A DNA stretch of 64,000 nt from a virus. Under the pieces are notes generated by a model. It was not told the origin of the DNA. It searched no databases and saw only the letters and a list, made by a program, of their open reading frames with translations. Of this stretch, positions 37,527-47,669 are shown one piece after another. How positions within the stretch are numbered: position 1 is the first letter of the stretch; every line of letters begins with the position of its first letter. The translations under genes and the position numbers were made by a program. The DNA is taken from positions 7,810 through 71,809 of the IMG/VR virus record IMGVR_UViG_3300037882_003535; one strand, 5' to 3'.

Positions 37527-37696
37527 ATTGTCCAATGATTCCGCGATCGCAGTTTCTTGAGTCTGTGTATGCGCTGAATGGGGGGAATTTTCAAAATTAT
37601 GAACGCTATTACGATATTCCGATTTCGGAATTTGTATTGCTTTGCTCTATCCACAACGAAGCGATCGATCGACAGAAAAAATCCATGAAGAGTTAG
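37517..37696 (+). CDS. -1 frameshift extension of the tail chaperone (GT)
   Basis: TTTTTTG at 37517-37523; -1 frame open to TAG 37694-37696, 3 nt before the TMP start. Confidence 0.7.
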   Translation, partial: FFVDCPMIPRSQFLESVYALNGGNFQNYERYYDIPISEFVLLCSIHNEAIDRQKKSMKS

Positions 37697-37699
37697 ATC

Positions 37700-39931
37700 G
37701 TGTCTATTCAGCAAGTCCTAAGCTTATTGATCACAGCAAACGATCGTGCCTCAGGGGTGATCGGTGGGCTTGCTGCGCGGGTGCAGTCACTCGGTGGGCA
37801 GATGAATGCGGCGCAGGGCAGTAGTGCCAATCTTGGGGACTCTATTGCAGCGGGCTTTCTGAAGGCTCAGGCTGCGATCGGGATTGTCCAGATGGGCTAC
37901 GGGCAACTGAAGGGTTTGATCACGGAATCATCCTCGTTGCAGCTTGAAAACATGAATTCGGCGCAAACTTTCGCGTCTCTCACGGGCAAGAGCTTTGATG
38001 AGGGGGCGGAATTTATCGATCGATTGAACGATCGACTGTCTAAGTCGGCGGCGGCGCTTCCCGGTGCGACAAAGGATTACACCACTTTGGCCCGTACTAT
38101 TCAGGACAACGTTCTAGGAGCTTTTAAGGATGCAGACGGTAAAGTCGGCAACATGAAGGGCTTTGAGGATACTGTTGCAGGGATTTCGGAGAGTTACGGA
38201 GTGTTGGCGGCGGCTAGTGGCGTTCCGATTCAGAATGTCGGATTGAGCTTAACGAAGGCGATGGGCGGGGCGTCTGTTGCAGAGTTGCGTCAACTTCAGT
38301 TCTTTGAAGGGAACCAGGCAGTTCTGGGTTTTATTGAATCGGAGCTGAAGAAGGTTAATGCGAAGTCTCTGAAAGATTTGGATGAAAAGTCTCGCGTTGC
38401 ATTGATTGACCAAGCGGGTAAAAAATTCGTCACTGAAGACCTGAAAAGACGAGCGGCAAGCTCTGTTGATGGCCTGATGCAGTCCTTTAAGTCAGCATTC
38501 TTCGACCCGTCTTCAGGGGTCTTTGGGTTTATGCGAGACTTGGACCCGAACGTGAAGGGGAAACAGAGTGCGTTCACGGCATTTAATGAACTACTGATCA
38601 CGCTGATCGGCGGCGGCGGACTGCTGAGTGGCGATGGCCCAGTTGCGAGTATTTTGGCAACTCTGGGCTTGACCGTGGATCCGATGGTGCTGTTGAAGAA
38701 TGGCTTTGATTTCATCAATTCAAAGCTAAAGGGCTTAGTGGGTTTCCTGACTGAAGTGGCGGGTGCCCTGAAAAGTGGCGACATGAATTTGGGTGATGTT
38801 ATCAAGTCGAATTGGGGGATTATCCAAAATTCGATCGGCTCATTCTTTGAGGGGATTGGAGAGAAGGCCGCAGGCTTCCTGAATGGATTGGTGAATGGTG
38901 GCGCGAATTTTGTGGGACAAATTGACTGGGGGATTGTCGGCAATTCGATCGGGCTGTTCCTGTCGAGTTTCATGACGGAGCTGGGGGGCTTCTTTGGGAA
39001 CCTCGACTGGAAGGTTTATCTAATTGCGGCGGTGCCGTTGATTGCAGGCGGGCTGATTATGGCGTTGGCACCTGCGATCGTGACGACGATGGGCGCGGCA
39101 GTTGTGGGTTTTCTGGCGTTGCTGACGGGGCCATTTGCTTTGGTTGCGATCGGTGCTGTCGCGGGGTTCATGGCGTTGCTCGGATTTATCACGGCGAACT
39201 GGGACAATCTAAGCCTCGGCGTAAATCAAACAATGGCGGACCTTGGTGGCTTTTTTCAGTGGGGATTGCAGGGGATTATTAATGCTTGGAATACGATCAT
39301 TTCGATCCCAGTGCAGCTTATTGAGTGGCTAGGAACCTCAATCAGTACCGGAATTACAATGATTTCGACGAAAGTCACAGAAGTCTTTACTTGGATCGGG
39401 AATGCCATCTCCTCAATCCTGAATAATCCGGCTGTCAAGGCAGTGACCGGAGCCGTGGGTGGCGTGGCGGATGCGGTGACGAATCCAGTTGCGGCGGTGA
39501 CAGGTGCAGTGGGGAATGTGGTCAGCGCTGTGACGAATCCAGCAGCAACCGCGACAGCGATCGGAGGGGGCGTGGCGGATGCTGCTGCAACGATCGGGAA
39601 TCTGTTTGGTTTTGGGGGCGTGGGTGCTCAATTTAGAGGTTATATCCCTAATGCTGCAAATGGATTGATGGGGGCGGCTATCAGTGAGGCACGATCGATG
39701 CCTAGCGGGGCATCCTTGGCGGTGGCGAACACGAGTGAAGCGATTCTCACGCCGTCGATGCTTTCCAATCTGGTAAATGGGGCTGTCTCCATGGGGGCAC
39801 GATCGGGGGGTGGCACCTTTGCACCTCAAATTATCGTGAATGCTTCTGGGGATGCTCAGGCTATTGCGGCGGAAGTGATGCGCCTCATTCAATTGGAATT
39901 TTCTGAATATCAAGCGGGGCAATTAGCGTAA
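37700..39931 (+). CDS. tail tape measure protein
   Basis: LLITANDRAS N-terminus, Ala/Gly-rich with hydrophobic segments and ~18-aa repeats. Confidence 0.88.
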   Translation: MSIQQVLSLLITANDRASGVIGGLAARVQSLGGQMNAAQGSSANLGDSIAAGFLKAQAAIGIVQMGYGQLKGLITESSSLQLENMNSAQTFASLTGKSFDEGAEFIDRLNDRLSKSAAALPGATKDYTTLARTIQDNVLGAFKDADGKVGNMKGFEDTVAGISESYGVLAAASGVPIQNVGLSLTKAMGGASVAELRQLQFFEGNQAVLGFIESELKKVNAKSLKDLDEKSRVALIDQAGKKFVTEDLKRRAASSVDGLMQSFKSAFFDPSSGVFGFMRDLDPNVKGKQSAFTAFNELLITLIGGGGLLSGDGPVASILATLGLTVDPMVLLKNGFDFINSKLKGLVGFLTEVAGALKSGDMNLGDVIKSNWGIIQNSIGSFFEGIGEKAAGFLNGLVNGGANFVGQIDWGIVGNSIGLFLSSFMTELGGFFGNLDWKVYLIAAVPLIAGGLIMALAPAIVTTMGAAVVGFLALLTGPFALVAIGAVAGFMALLGFITANWDNLSLGVNQTMADLGGFFQWGLQGIINAWNTIISIPVQLIEWLGTSISTGITMISTKVTEVFTWIGNAISSILNNPAVKAVTGAVGGVADAVTNPVAAVTGAVGNVVSAVTNPAATATAIGGGVADAAATIGNLFGFGGVGAQFRGYIPNAANGLMGAAISEARSMPSGASLAVANTSEAILTPSMLSNLVNGAVSMGARSGGGTFAPQIIVNASGDAQAIAAEVMRLIQLEFSEYQAGQLA

Positions 39932-40758
39932 TGCCGAAAACTAATGCGATCGCGACTGCCAAGCTCCCAAAAGCTGAGAAAAAGCCTGCTGAGGCTTACA
40001 TTATCCAGTACTCAGCAAACCCAAAATCAGAGCAGAGGCTTTGGACCTTTCAGTACAATCCGTCTGTTCTGAAATTTTCAGGAGAGGCAAAGTATTCGGC
40101 GGCGGAGACTTTTGCGACAAGGTTGCCGGATCAGCAGTTTGCAAATTCTAGTGGGCTGAAACTCGACATTTCTAATATCTATCTCGAAACTTATCGAGAG
40201 CGAAAATCATTACTGCCTCTGATTGACGGAATCAATGAATTGCGAAAAGCGAAACTCGATAAGCGACAGTTTTCGCCCCCACTATTGATGTTTATTTTTG
40301 GTTCGCGGAGCTTTGGGCCATGCGTCCTGACATCGGTGTCCTGGGACGAGGCATCGTGGCTTGGGGGAGCGCCTGCGCGGGTGCAGATGAATTTGAGCTT
40401 TATGGAGGTGCCGAAGCCTGGGGCGATCGGGGTGAAGGCATTACCACCGGAGCCTGATGCTCCAAAGGACGGGAAGCCCGCGAAGGAGCTGACCGATCGA
40501 CAAAAGGATGACGCGATCGTGAAGGCTAAGGAATGGCTGAAAACCAATGAAGGCAAGCTAGACCCGCGCATCGTGACGACGCTGAAGGCGAATACTTTTA
40601 AGCTCGAAGCCGACAAGAAATCCGGAGATGTAATGATGCTCGATGCCAAGGGCGGGAAGATCGGGGTCGTTGGGCGGTGGGATGGGAAAACCTTCACGAC
40701 GGAGAAGGTGAACACGATTCCGAAAAAACCTGAAGCATCCAAGGCGGCGAAAAAATGA
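39931..40758 (+). CDS. tail tube initiator (CIS tube-like)
   Basis: FQYNP, PPLLMFIFG, PARVQMNLSFME. Confidence 0.75.
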   Translation: MPKTNAIATAKLPKAEKKPAEAYIIQYSANPKSEQRLWTFQYNPSVLKFSGEAKYSAAETFATRLPDQQFANSSGLKLDISNIYLETYRERKSLLPLIDGINELRKAKLDKRQFSPPLLMFIFGSRSFGPCVLTSVSWDEASWLGGAPARVQMNLSFMEVPKPGAIGVKALPPEPDAPKDGKPAKELTDRQKDDAIVKAKEWLKTNEGKLDPRIVTTLKANTFKLEADKKSGDVMMLDAKGGKIGVVGRWDGKTFTTEKVNTIPKKPEASKAAKK

Positions 40759-41186
40759 TTGAGAAACAATTGCAGGCAGGCGACAGCCTTCAGACTCTAT
40801 TGCTGGACCAACTCGACGACATCGACAAATACAACCCAAATTGGCGATCGATCGCAGACTCCGCAGGCATTAATCCTCTAAAGTCGCTCCCGATCGGTGA
40901 CATCGTTCAGATCCCAGAATTAGATCAATTGGTGACGCAGGCTGATGGACTGCTCGGGGGCGTTTCGGCGGGGTTGAACCAAGCTAAAGGGCAAATCTCC
41001 GAGGTCTTTAATCAAGTCGCCCAGTATCTCCCACCTGGATATGCCGCAGAAGCCCAGAAGCTATTAGGAGAGGTGAACGGAGCCTTTGGGCAGGTGGAGA
41101 CGATCCTGGGGCAAGGTAAGGCGGTGCTCGGGAAAGCTCGGGACTATAAGGGCGAAGTCGCTAAATTAGTGGATTGGTTACTGTGA
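40755..41186 (+). CDS. LysM-like baseplate protein (gpX-like)
   Basis: QAGDSLQTL...WRSIADSAGINPLKSLPIGDIVQIP. Confidence 0.7.
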   Translation: MIEKQLQAGDSLQTLLLDQLDDIDKYNPNWRSIADSAGINPLKSLPIGDIVQIPELDQLVTQADGLLGGVSAGLNQAKGQISEVFNQVAQYLPPGYAAEAQKLLGEVNGAFGQVETILGQGKAVLGKARDYKGEVAKLVDWLL

Positions 41187-43702
41187 TGGGTAGTTGGATT
41201 GCCCCGATCGCACGGGTCAGAATTGCGGATGACGTTTTCATGACGGGTGACGGATACCTCAAGTCGGTGTCCGTCACTTTGAGCGAAGATGCGCGGGCGT
41301 CGCGGTGTAAATTTGAACTTTACGATCCGGGTCTTGAGATTGCGTCTCAATACTTCGAGATGAGTTTTCGGGATGGAGGGATTCAGGTTCCGGCTGATTT
41401 GCTGGAAGACCCGAGTAAGGCTAGCGCAGGTGGTGGGACGATTTCGATCGCGGGGTCGGAGTCCTTGGGGGGATTCTCCGGTGGAACCGCAGCAGAACAA
41501 GAGCTTGCGATCGTCCGGGAATGCCTGAAGCAGGGCGTTACAGATAAGGCCCAGATTGCCTACATTTTGGCCACGGCAAAGCATGAATCTGACCATTACA
41601 AAACACTGACGGAGTATGCGAGCGGATCGCAGTATGAAGGCCGATCGGACCTAGGAAACACCCAACCCGGCGACGGAGTGAGATTCAAAGGCCGAGGTTA
41701 CGCCCAGGTCACGGGGCGAGTCAATTACGAGAAATACAGCAAAATCCTTGGGACGGATTTTATTGCGAATCCGACGGAAATGCAGAAGCCAAATGTCGCA
41801 CTTTTCACCCTAGTCCATGGGATGAAGACCGGGCATTTCACGGGGAGGCCGATCGGGGACTATGTGGGCGGTGGGAAGCAGGATTTCTATAATGCTCGGC
41901 GAGTGGTCAATGGGACGGACTTGGCGGGTCAGATTGCTGGTTATGCCGATACTTACCTTGGACGGGTTGATGGGCTGGTTCAGCAGGCAGGCGGCTCGGC
42001 CACTCCTCCCGCAGCTCCACCAAAGACTCAGCAACAGCAGGCGGCGGCCACTCCACCACCCGTCAAAGATGCTTCAGTTACCAAGCCTGAAGAGGTCTCT
42101 AAAAAGGGGACGGAAATCATCGTCGAACTGGGCTATCAAATCGCGCAGCTCGTGAATTTTCATTTCATCCACACAGGGACCACAACCCAAGGCCGATCGC
42201 CTGACTCTACTGGATTTGAAGGGCAGTCGATCCGATGGCTGATGACGCGGCGGACGAAGAACACGGCCTACGCAAATATCACCCTGAAAGAGCTTGCGGA
42301 GAAAGTTTGCAAGTCTTACGGCTTCAAGCTCGACATGGAAGGCGACGGGCCAAAGTATGAGCACTTGGACCAAACCGGATTGACGGATTATGAGCTGCTT
42401 TTGAGAGAATGCCGGGGAATTGGCTATAGCATCCGTGAGGACAAAGACACGCTGATCCTGAAGCCCTATCGCCCTGAATTCACGGGCTTTGTCATCACAG
42501 CAGATATTCTGCTGCATCCCATTTCGTTCGCGGACAAAGCCTCGAAGGACATGCAAGGTTCTCCATCGGCTCCTGCAAGTGATTCGGCTACGCCGTCGGG
42601 GGATTCTAAATTCTCGATCGATCGCGTCACGGGAGTCGCGAAACAGGTGAAGCTTGAAGACTCGACGGGCATGGGGAAAGCCCTTGCAAATACCTCGACG
42701 GCGCAGTTCGACTTATCCAAAGCAACGATCGGACCCGTGGTCAAACCTTCCGCAGCCCTCGCCGCATCAAACCCAGTCGCGGCGATGGGAAGTCCCGTGA
42801 AAAAGATCGGGGGGACACCTGCCCCAGAATCGGCGGCGAAACCTGCGGAAGGGGCTGCGAGTACTGGAGATGCGGTGACGGGATTACCTAAGCAGGAAAT
42901 CGGGGCGATCGATTTGGCGGATGGTCGGGCGGAGGCGAGTGCGATCGCAGATGAGTCGAAGCGGGTGAAGGGCTATGAGTCTTCGGCGACGGTGCTGACG
43001 ACAGATGCAGTGTTGGCGATCGCGCCGGGTTCGATTATTGGGATATCTCGGAACATCGTCCCGGAGACTTTTGCGACAGAGTGGAGAGTGGGGCAGGTGA
43101 CGCACTCGCTTTCCCAAGGGAAGATGACCACGACGCTGAATTTCTATAAGCCACAGAAGCAAAAGGCGGCGAGTGGGAGTATTAGCATTGCGGGGTCTGA
43201 AGTGCTGGGCGGGAATGTGCCAGCGGGGAAACTACAAAATCCAATGCCGGGAACGCCTCGGGGAACGCCTTTCGATCCTGCGGGGGTTATCCGTGGAAGA
43301 CAGCACCTTGGCATTGATATGTCGGGCGGGTCTCAGAACAAGATTTTGGCGGCGGAAAGCGGGAAGGTCATCGATGCAGAAAATTCTTGCGTGGTGGGCG
43401 ATCGGGGATGCGGGGGCGGTTTTGGGAACCTCGTCTACATTCAGCATGAAGGGGAGTGGGCGGGGTACGTTACCCGATATGCCCATTTGAGGACAGGTTC
43501 GGTCACGGTGAAAATCGGGGACGCGGTGAAAAAGGGGCAGGTCATTGGGGTGGAGGGCGATACTGGGTCCAGCGGGGGCGACCATCTTCACTTTGAAGTG
43601 GTAAAAGGCGGGCAGCGGATTGATCCAGAGCCATTGTTTTGCCCTCCGCCCTCCGGAACCTATGGTCAGGGGGCTGGAACGCCCTTGAGAAACAAGTGCT
43701 AA
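41186..43702 (+). CDS. baseplate hub with an inserted GH19 lysozyme domain and a C-terminal M23 peptidase
   Basis: AYILATAKHES, GDGVRFKGRGYAQVTGRVNY (GH19); DQTGLTDYELL (hub); HLGID, YAHL, HLHFE (M23). Confidence 0.88.
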   Translation: MGSWIAPIARVRIADDVFMTGDGYLKSVSVTLSEDARASRCKFELYDPGLEIASQYFEMSFRDGGIQVPADLLEDPSKASAGGGTISIAGSESLGGFSGGTAAEQELAIVRECLKQGVTDKAQIAYILATAKHESDHYKTLTEYASGSQYEGRSDLGNTQPGDGVRFKGRGYAQVTGRVNYEKYSKILGTDFIANPTEMQKPNVALFTLVHGMKTGHFTGRPIGDYVGGGKQDFYNARRVVNGTDLAGQIAGYADTYLGRVDGLVQQAGGSATPPAAPPKTQQQQAAATPPPVKDASVTKPEEVSKKGTEIIVELGYQIAQLVNFHFIHTGTTTQGRSPDSTGFEGQSIRWLMTRRTKNTAYANITLKELAEKVCKSYGFKLDMEGDGPKYEHLDQTGLTDYELLLRECRGIGYSIREDKDTLILKPYRPEFTGFVITADILLHPISFADKASKDMQGSPSAPASDSATPSGDSKFSIDRVTGVAKQVKLEDSTGMGKALANTSTAQFDLSKATIGPVVKPSAALAASNPVAAMGSPVKKIGGTPAPESAAKPAEGAASTGDAVTGLPKQEIGAIDLADGRAEASAIADESKRVKGYESSATVLTTDAVLAIAPGSIIGISRNIVPETFATEWRVGQVTHSLSQGKMTTTLNFYKPQKQKAASGSISIAGSEVLGGNVPAGKLQNPMPGTPRGTPFDPAGVIRGRQHLGIDMSGGSQNKILAAESGKVIDAENSCVVGDRGCGGGFGNLVYIQHEGEWAGYVTRYAHLRTGSVTVKIGDAVKKGQVIGVEGDTGSSGGDHLHFEVVKGGQRIDPEPLFCPPPSGTYGQGAGTPLRNKC

Positions 43703-44169
43703 ATACCGCAGAGAATCTGCCCATAGGCCGTCTCTCCGTCCCGTCTGGACGCCGACTCGTCAGCACATAGGAAAAGCTTGATTGAACCATCGTCAAAAAT
43801 CCCAACTGTCTCGGACCAAGACGATCGGTTGACTCCGATCGAAACTGTGCTCACATCTGAGCAGGCTTGGAGAATCTCAGACCCGATCGAAGTAATCAGT
43901 TTAGGCGATCGCATTGTGGCGTTTGCCGCTTTGCCATCAATGGTGAGACTAATGGATCGGGGGCGACCTTCTGGCAGTTTGGCGGCGATGTCTTCAGTCG
44001 CGACAAAACTGCTTTGAGAGATCAGATTAAGACCTCTGATCGATTTCAATCGGGATGCGCCTGCATCGATCGCCTTTTGGCATTGCGGGGACACCGCGCT
44101 TTCTTCGGCGGAGACGGGGGACGGGAGCAAGACGATCGCACAAAACAGAGAGAGAAGGGAGAAACGCAT
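43699..44169 (-). CDS. secreted/periplasmic moron protein
   Basis: signal peptide MRFSLLSLFCAIVLLPSPVSA, four mature Cys; antisense to the late operon. Confidence 0.7.
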   Translation of the reverse strand: MRFSLLSLFCAIVLLPSPVSAEESAVSPQCQKAIDAGASRLKSIRGLNLISQSSFVATEDIAAKLPEGRPRSISLTIDGKAANATMRSPKLITSIGSEILQACSDVSTVSIGVNRSSWSETVGIFDDGSIKLFLCADESASRRDGETAYGQILCGI

Positions 44170-44226
44170 GGAAAATCCGGGTAACGTCCTTTAAGAATAG
44201 CCCCGATATTTGCCCAAAAGCCATCT

Positions 44227-44934
44227 ATGCAAAAAATTTTTGACATTCTCACCTCCGCCGAAAAAGCAGCCCGATCGAACAACGAAGGGCGAATCTTTGG
44301 GCTAATGTTCGCGATCGTGACGAACAACCAAGACCCCATGAATATGCGGCGGGTGAAGGTGACATTGGAATCGAAGGGTGGGCAAACGCAAACCGATTGG
44401 GCGTTGGCAATGCGTCTGATTCCTAATTACGATCCGCCGATGCCCGCGATTGGGACTTCGGTGATTGTGGCTGCGATCGATGGAGACCCCCATGATCTAG
44501 TCTGGCTCGGTCCCGTCGTCAACAATACAAACCCGCAGGATGGTGAACAGTCGGACCCGCTCAACGATAATTCACAGACCATTCCTGGGGCTAGTAGTGA
44601 GGCGATCGGGAAGTCTTGGTCTTTTTCCACAGGCGAGGACTGGACGGGGAAAGTTGGCAACGATATGGAGATCGATATCGAGAAAACTTGCACGATCAAA
44701 AACAGCGCTGGGGCAAGTATAACGCTGCATGAGTCAGGCTTCTTAGTGCTTCAGGATGCGTGGGGACGAAAACTAACTTGGGGCGGAGCTGGGGGGACGG
44801 AGTACAAATGGGATATGGCGGGGGCGGAGATCGATATCGTCAACCCCAGCAGCTTCAAAATCAATGGGAAGGAGATCGCGACGGTGGGCGCGGTAGACTC
44901 TCGCGGGGATGCTCTTGTAAATCGTGGGTGGTAA
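44227..44934 (+). CDS. baseplate spike (gpV/VgrG-like OB fold)
   Basis: AIVTNNQDP..RVKV, TDWA, PAIGTSVIVA..GDP. Confidence 0.85.
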   Translation: MQKIFDILTSAEKAARSNNEGRIFGLMFAIVTNNQDPMNMRRVKVTLESKGGQTQTDWALAMRLIPNYDPPMPAIGTSVIVAAIDGDPHDLVWLGPVVNNTNPQDGEQSDPLNDNSQTIPGASSEAIGKSWSFSTGEDWTGKVGNDMEIDIEKTCTIKNSAGASITLHESGFLVLQDAWGRKLTWGGAGGTEYKWDMAGAEIDIVNPSSFKINGKEIATVGAVDSRGDALVNRGW

Positions 44935-44939
44935 TTCTG

Positions 44940-45287
44940 ATGGCGTTAATTCGATCGATCGCTTATCCATTTCAACTAGAAAACGGCGGACTGAAGACGG
45001 CGGAAGATAATCGGGTGTATTTCGATCGCATTAAGCAGGTGATCGAAACTCGCCCGTTCGAGCGGGTGATGAATCCGGGCTATGGGTCGCCAGACTTTGT
45101 GTTTACGGCTCCACAGAGTGCTGAAATTGTGGCGCAGCGGGTGACGATCGCACTGGAACGATCGATTCCAGAATTAGGATTTCAGGTGGAGGCAGATTTA
45201 GACGAATCTGGGACTTGTTCGCTTACAATAAATTGGCAAATCAATGGAGTAAATCAAGATGCCATCCAGTACAAGCTGCAATCCTGA
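44940..45287 (+). CDS. baseplate wedge gp25/GPW
   Basis: IAYPF, TRPFERVMNPGYGS. Confidence 0.85.
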   Translation: MALIRSIAYPFQLENGGLKTAEDNRVYFDRIKQVIETRPFERVMNPGYGSPDFVFTAPQSAEIVAQRVTIALERSIPELGFQVEADLDESGTCSLTINWQINGVNQDAIQYKLQS

Positions 45288-45654
45288 CTATCTCGGGTTG
45301 AAAGAAGAATTCAGGGATTTGTTTGATTTGAAGTTCCCCGCGATCGGCTCCGTCTGGTTCAACAATCGCCGGAAAGAATTTTTCACTGTAATCGGAATGG
45401 TTTCGCCATGTGGAGAGACAGATAAATGGCAAGTGCTTTACCGATCGAATTCATGGAAGCCAGAGGAACACAGAAGTCGATCGATCGAGGACTGGTACGG
45501 GCTTAATCGAGATGGAAAGCCAAGGTTTGTCGAATATTGCGAAAATCACAGGAATTACCGGAGAGTACAGACCTGCGAGAAACGATCGCAGAAATTCAGC
45601 ATGATCAAATATGGTCGCACTGGATGGAGTATCAATTCTCTAAATGCACTATAA
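45259..45654 (+). CDS. hypothetical accessory protein (possibly a frameshifted fusion with 45537..45803)
   Basis: 131 aa; W(Q)VLYRS..RSIEDW..DGKPRF. Confidence 0.5.
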   Translation: MPSSTSCNPDYLGLKEEFRDLFDLKFPAIGSVWFNNRRKEFFTVIGMVSPCGETDKWQVLYRSNSWKPEEHRSRSIEDWYGLNRDGKPRFVEYCENHRNYRRVQTCEKRSQKFSMIKYGRTGWSINSLNAL

Positions 45655-45803
45655 ATACAGACGGATCTTTGACCATTCCTGCTGAGTCAGTCAGTCGATG
45701 GTTACGGCAATCTCAAACGGCATATGCAGAACTACCAGAGACTGAACGAGAATCCGACCGACATCAAGCAGACAAAATCCTAAAAGTTCTCAATCTAGCC
45801 TAG
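45537..45803 (+). CDS. RyR-like small phage protein
   Basis: HDQIWSHW...YAELPETERESDRHQA. Confidence 0.6.
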   Translation: MRKSQELPESTDLRETIAEIQHDQIWSHWMEYQFSKCTINTDGSLTIPAESVSRWLRQSQTAYAELPETERESDRHQADKILKVLNLA

Positions 45804-45838
45804 GGAACTCTCCCAACAGCAGAAGGGATGGGACCACG

Positions 45839-47023
45839 ATGCCACAAGTAACCCGATTTATTCCATTAGAAACACCAACGATCGATCCTCGCAATGAGGA
45901 GGCGTTGGTTGCCTATGGAATGGATCGGGTTTACTCATCTTCCGGTGGGAGGATTAACGATTTTTCCGCAAGCTCTCCAGCGAGAGTGTTAATTGAAGGG
46001 CTAGCCTTTGCAGCCGCAGAATTTTTGTATTACGCAAATAAGGTGCTGGATTCGCTTGAGATCCAATTGCTCCAGACCGCAGGCATCCAGCAGAAAGAAG
46101 GAAGTCCAGCGATCGCAACCCTCACCTTTACCCTCACCGCACCGCTCGGGAACGTCTTCACTATCCCCGCAGGCTACGAGTGCAAAGCGTTCGATCGGGT
46201 ATTTTCCACCGATTCTTTACTACTGATTCCCGCAGGCGCAATCAGTGGAACCGTCGCGGCCACCTGCACAACCTTGGGAACTCAAGGCAACGTTGCCGCA
46301 TTTTCAATTAATCAACTCACTCAGCCTCTCGCCTTTCTCGGAAATGTCACAAACACCGCAGCCGCTTCCGGTGGGAGTAATGGTGAAACGATCGAAGACA
46401 CCAAAGCTCGGGCCTTTGCTTCGTTCCGCCGTCGAGGGCTGGTGAGCGGGGAGGATTATGAGCAGGAAGTTCGGGGGCTACTGGGGGAAAATAGCGTGGC
46501 ACTTGCGATCGGGAACCTGAGTGCCGATCGGACTGCGGTAGAAAAAGGCGTGGTCCATATTTTCGCTCTCAACGGCGACGGTTCCGCTCTCAACAGCGCA
46601 CAGCAAAGCGATCTGCAACAACGACTGCAAACCAAGACGCACCTGACGATCGGCGTTTATGTCTCCAATTTGCAAATCATTGACACCTCTGTTCAAGTGG
46701 TTGCGAGTATTCTCTCAGGCGAAAATCCTGAAGCAATCGCGATCGCGTTGAACCGGGAACTAATGGCCTATCTTTCTCCCGATGGCGGGGTGGGCATCGG
46801 GGGAACAGTGCTGGTGAAAGAAATTGAGTATGTGGTCCGCGCAGTCCCAGGCGTGGATTACGTTCAGTCCGCGACGATCGGTGGATGGCTCGAAACCCTC
46901 TATAGCTCAAACTTCGCCATCCCAAATCGCTGGAGTGCGCCAAAGTTGCGATCGTTCGTTTGTAGCTTAGTGCAGGCAGGTGAAACTTACACCTATGCCT
47001 TCGGGGAAGGCGACCCAGATTAG
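45839..47023 (+). CDS. baseplate J-like wedge protein
   Basis: GTQGNV, VTNTAAASGGSNGET, LVSGEDYE. Confidence 0.9.
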   Translation: MPQVTRFIPLETPTIDPRNEEALVAYGMDRVYSSSGGRINDFSASSPARVLIEGLAFAAAEFLYYANKVLDSLEIQLLQTAGIQQKEGSPAIATLTFTLTAPLGNVFTIPAGYECKAFDRVFSTDSLLLIPAGAISGTVAATCTTLGTQGNVAAFSINQLTQPLAFLGNVTNTAAASGGSNGETIEDTKARAFASFRRRGLVSGEDYEQEVRGLLGENSVALAIGNLSADRTAVEKGVVHIFALNGDGSALNSAQQSDLQQRLQTKTHLTIGVYVSNLQIIDTSVQVVASILSGENPEAIAIALNRELMAYLSPDGGVGIGGTVLVKEIEYVVRAVPGVDYVQSATIGGWLETLYSSNFAIPNRWSAPKLRSFVCSLVQAGETYTYAFGEGDPD

Positions 47024-47031
47024 GAGGAATT

Positions 47032-47664
47032 ATGGCAGGATGGGACACGGGCAGACCAATCCACGATCGGCTCCCAAGCGAAAATGAGGGATACCAGAAA
47101 GACGAGGAATGGGATGGGTTTGATGAGGTGGAGAATCCCCCGATCGCTCGGTGGCTGACGACGCCATGGGATGAACTGTTGATGGCGTGGAAAACCTACA
47201 TTGACGACATCCCTAAAAACTATCTCAATCCTGCGACTGCACTGCCTTCGGCTCTTGACTGGCTCGGGCAGTTGTGGGGTTTTACGGGAGAATATTGGGA
47301 TACGGGATGGCCTGATATCATCAAGCGAACCTTGATACAGAATTCGCAATGGATCTGGATCAACATGGGCACAGAAACGCTCATGACCTGGATGATTGCG
47401 TTGTTCGGGCTGAAGGCGACCTTGTATCAATTGGGGGACTTTCGCGCAGATGTCAGCGCAGCCGAGGACACGATCGGCAACGATGGCCGAGAGTTTGAGA
47501 TTTTTGTGATTGTGAAGCTGGCTGACTATTTCAGAGTCAGCGCTCAATGGCGACTTCTTGAACGACTTTGCGATCTGTACATGCCCATCTATGTCGAGCG
47601 AACAATTTGCTACGAAGAGTTCTACGCTGATTTCAGCCTAGCCGACGACCCTATTTTTTCGTGA
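47032..47664 (+). CDS. baseplate wedge gpI-like tail protein
   Basis: LNPATA..ALDWLGQLWG, W..MGT. Confidence 0.8.
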   Translation: MAGWDTGRPIHDRLPSENEGYQKDEEWDGFDEVENPPIARWLTTPWDELLMAWKTYIDDIPKNYLNPATALPSALDWLGQLWGFTGEYWDTGWPDIIKRTLIQNSQWIWINMGTETLMTWMIALFGLKATLYQLGDFRADVSAAEDTIGNDGREFEIFVIVKLADYFRVSAQWRLLERLCDLYMPIYVERTICYEEFYADFSLADDPIFS

Positions 47665-47669
47665 ATTAA

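Noticed and set aside
38296-38973. Long antisense ORFs (also 16670..17293, 26055..26642, 40191..40769, 50267..50842)
   Set aside because: They are shadows of well-supported plus-strand genes with no independent motifs
34948-47664. Stand-alone extracellular contractile injection system or tailocin
   Set aside because: Terminase, portal, protease and capsid genes are present and co-oriented, so this is a phage tail
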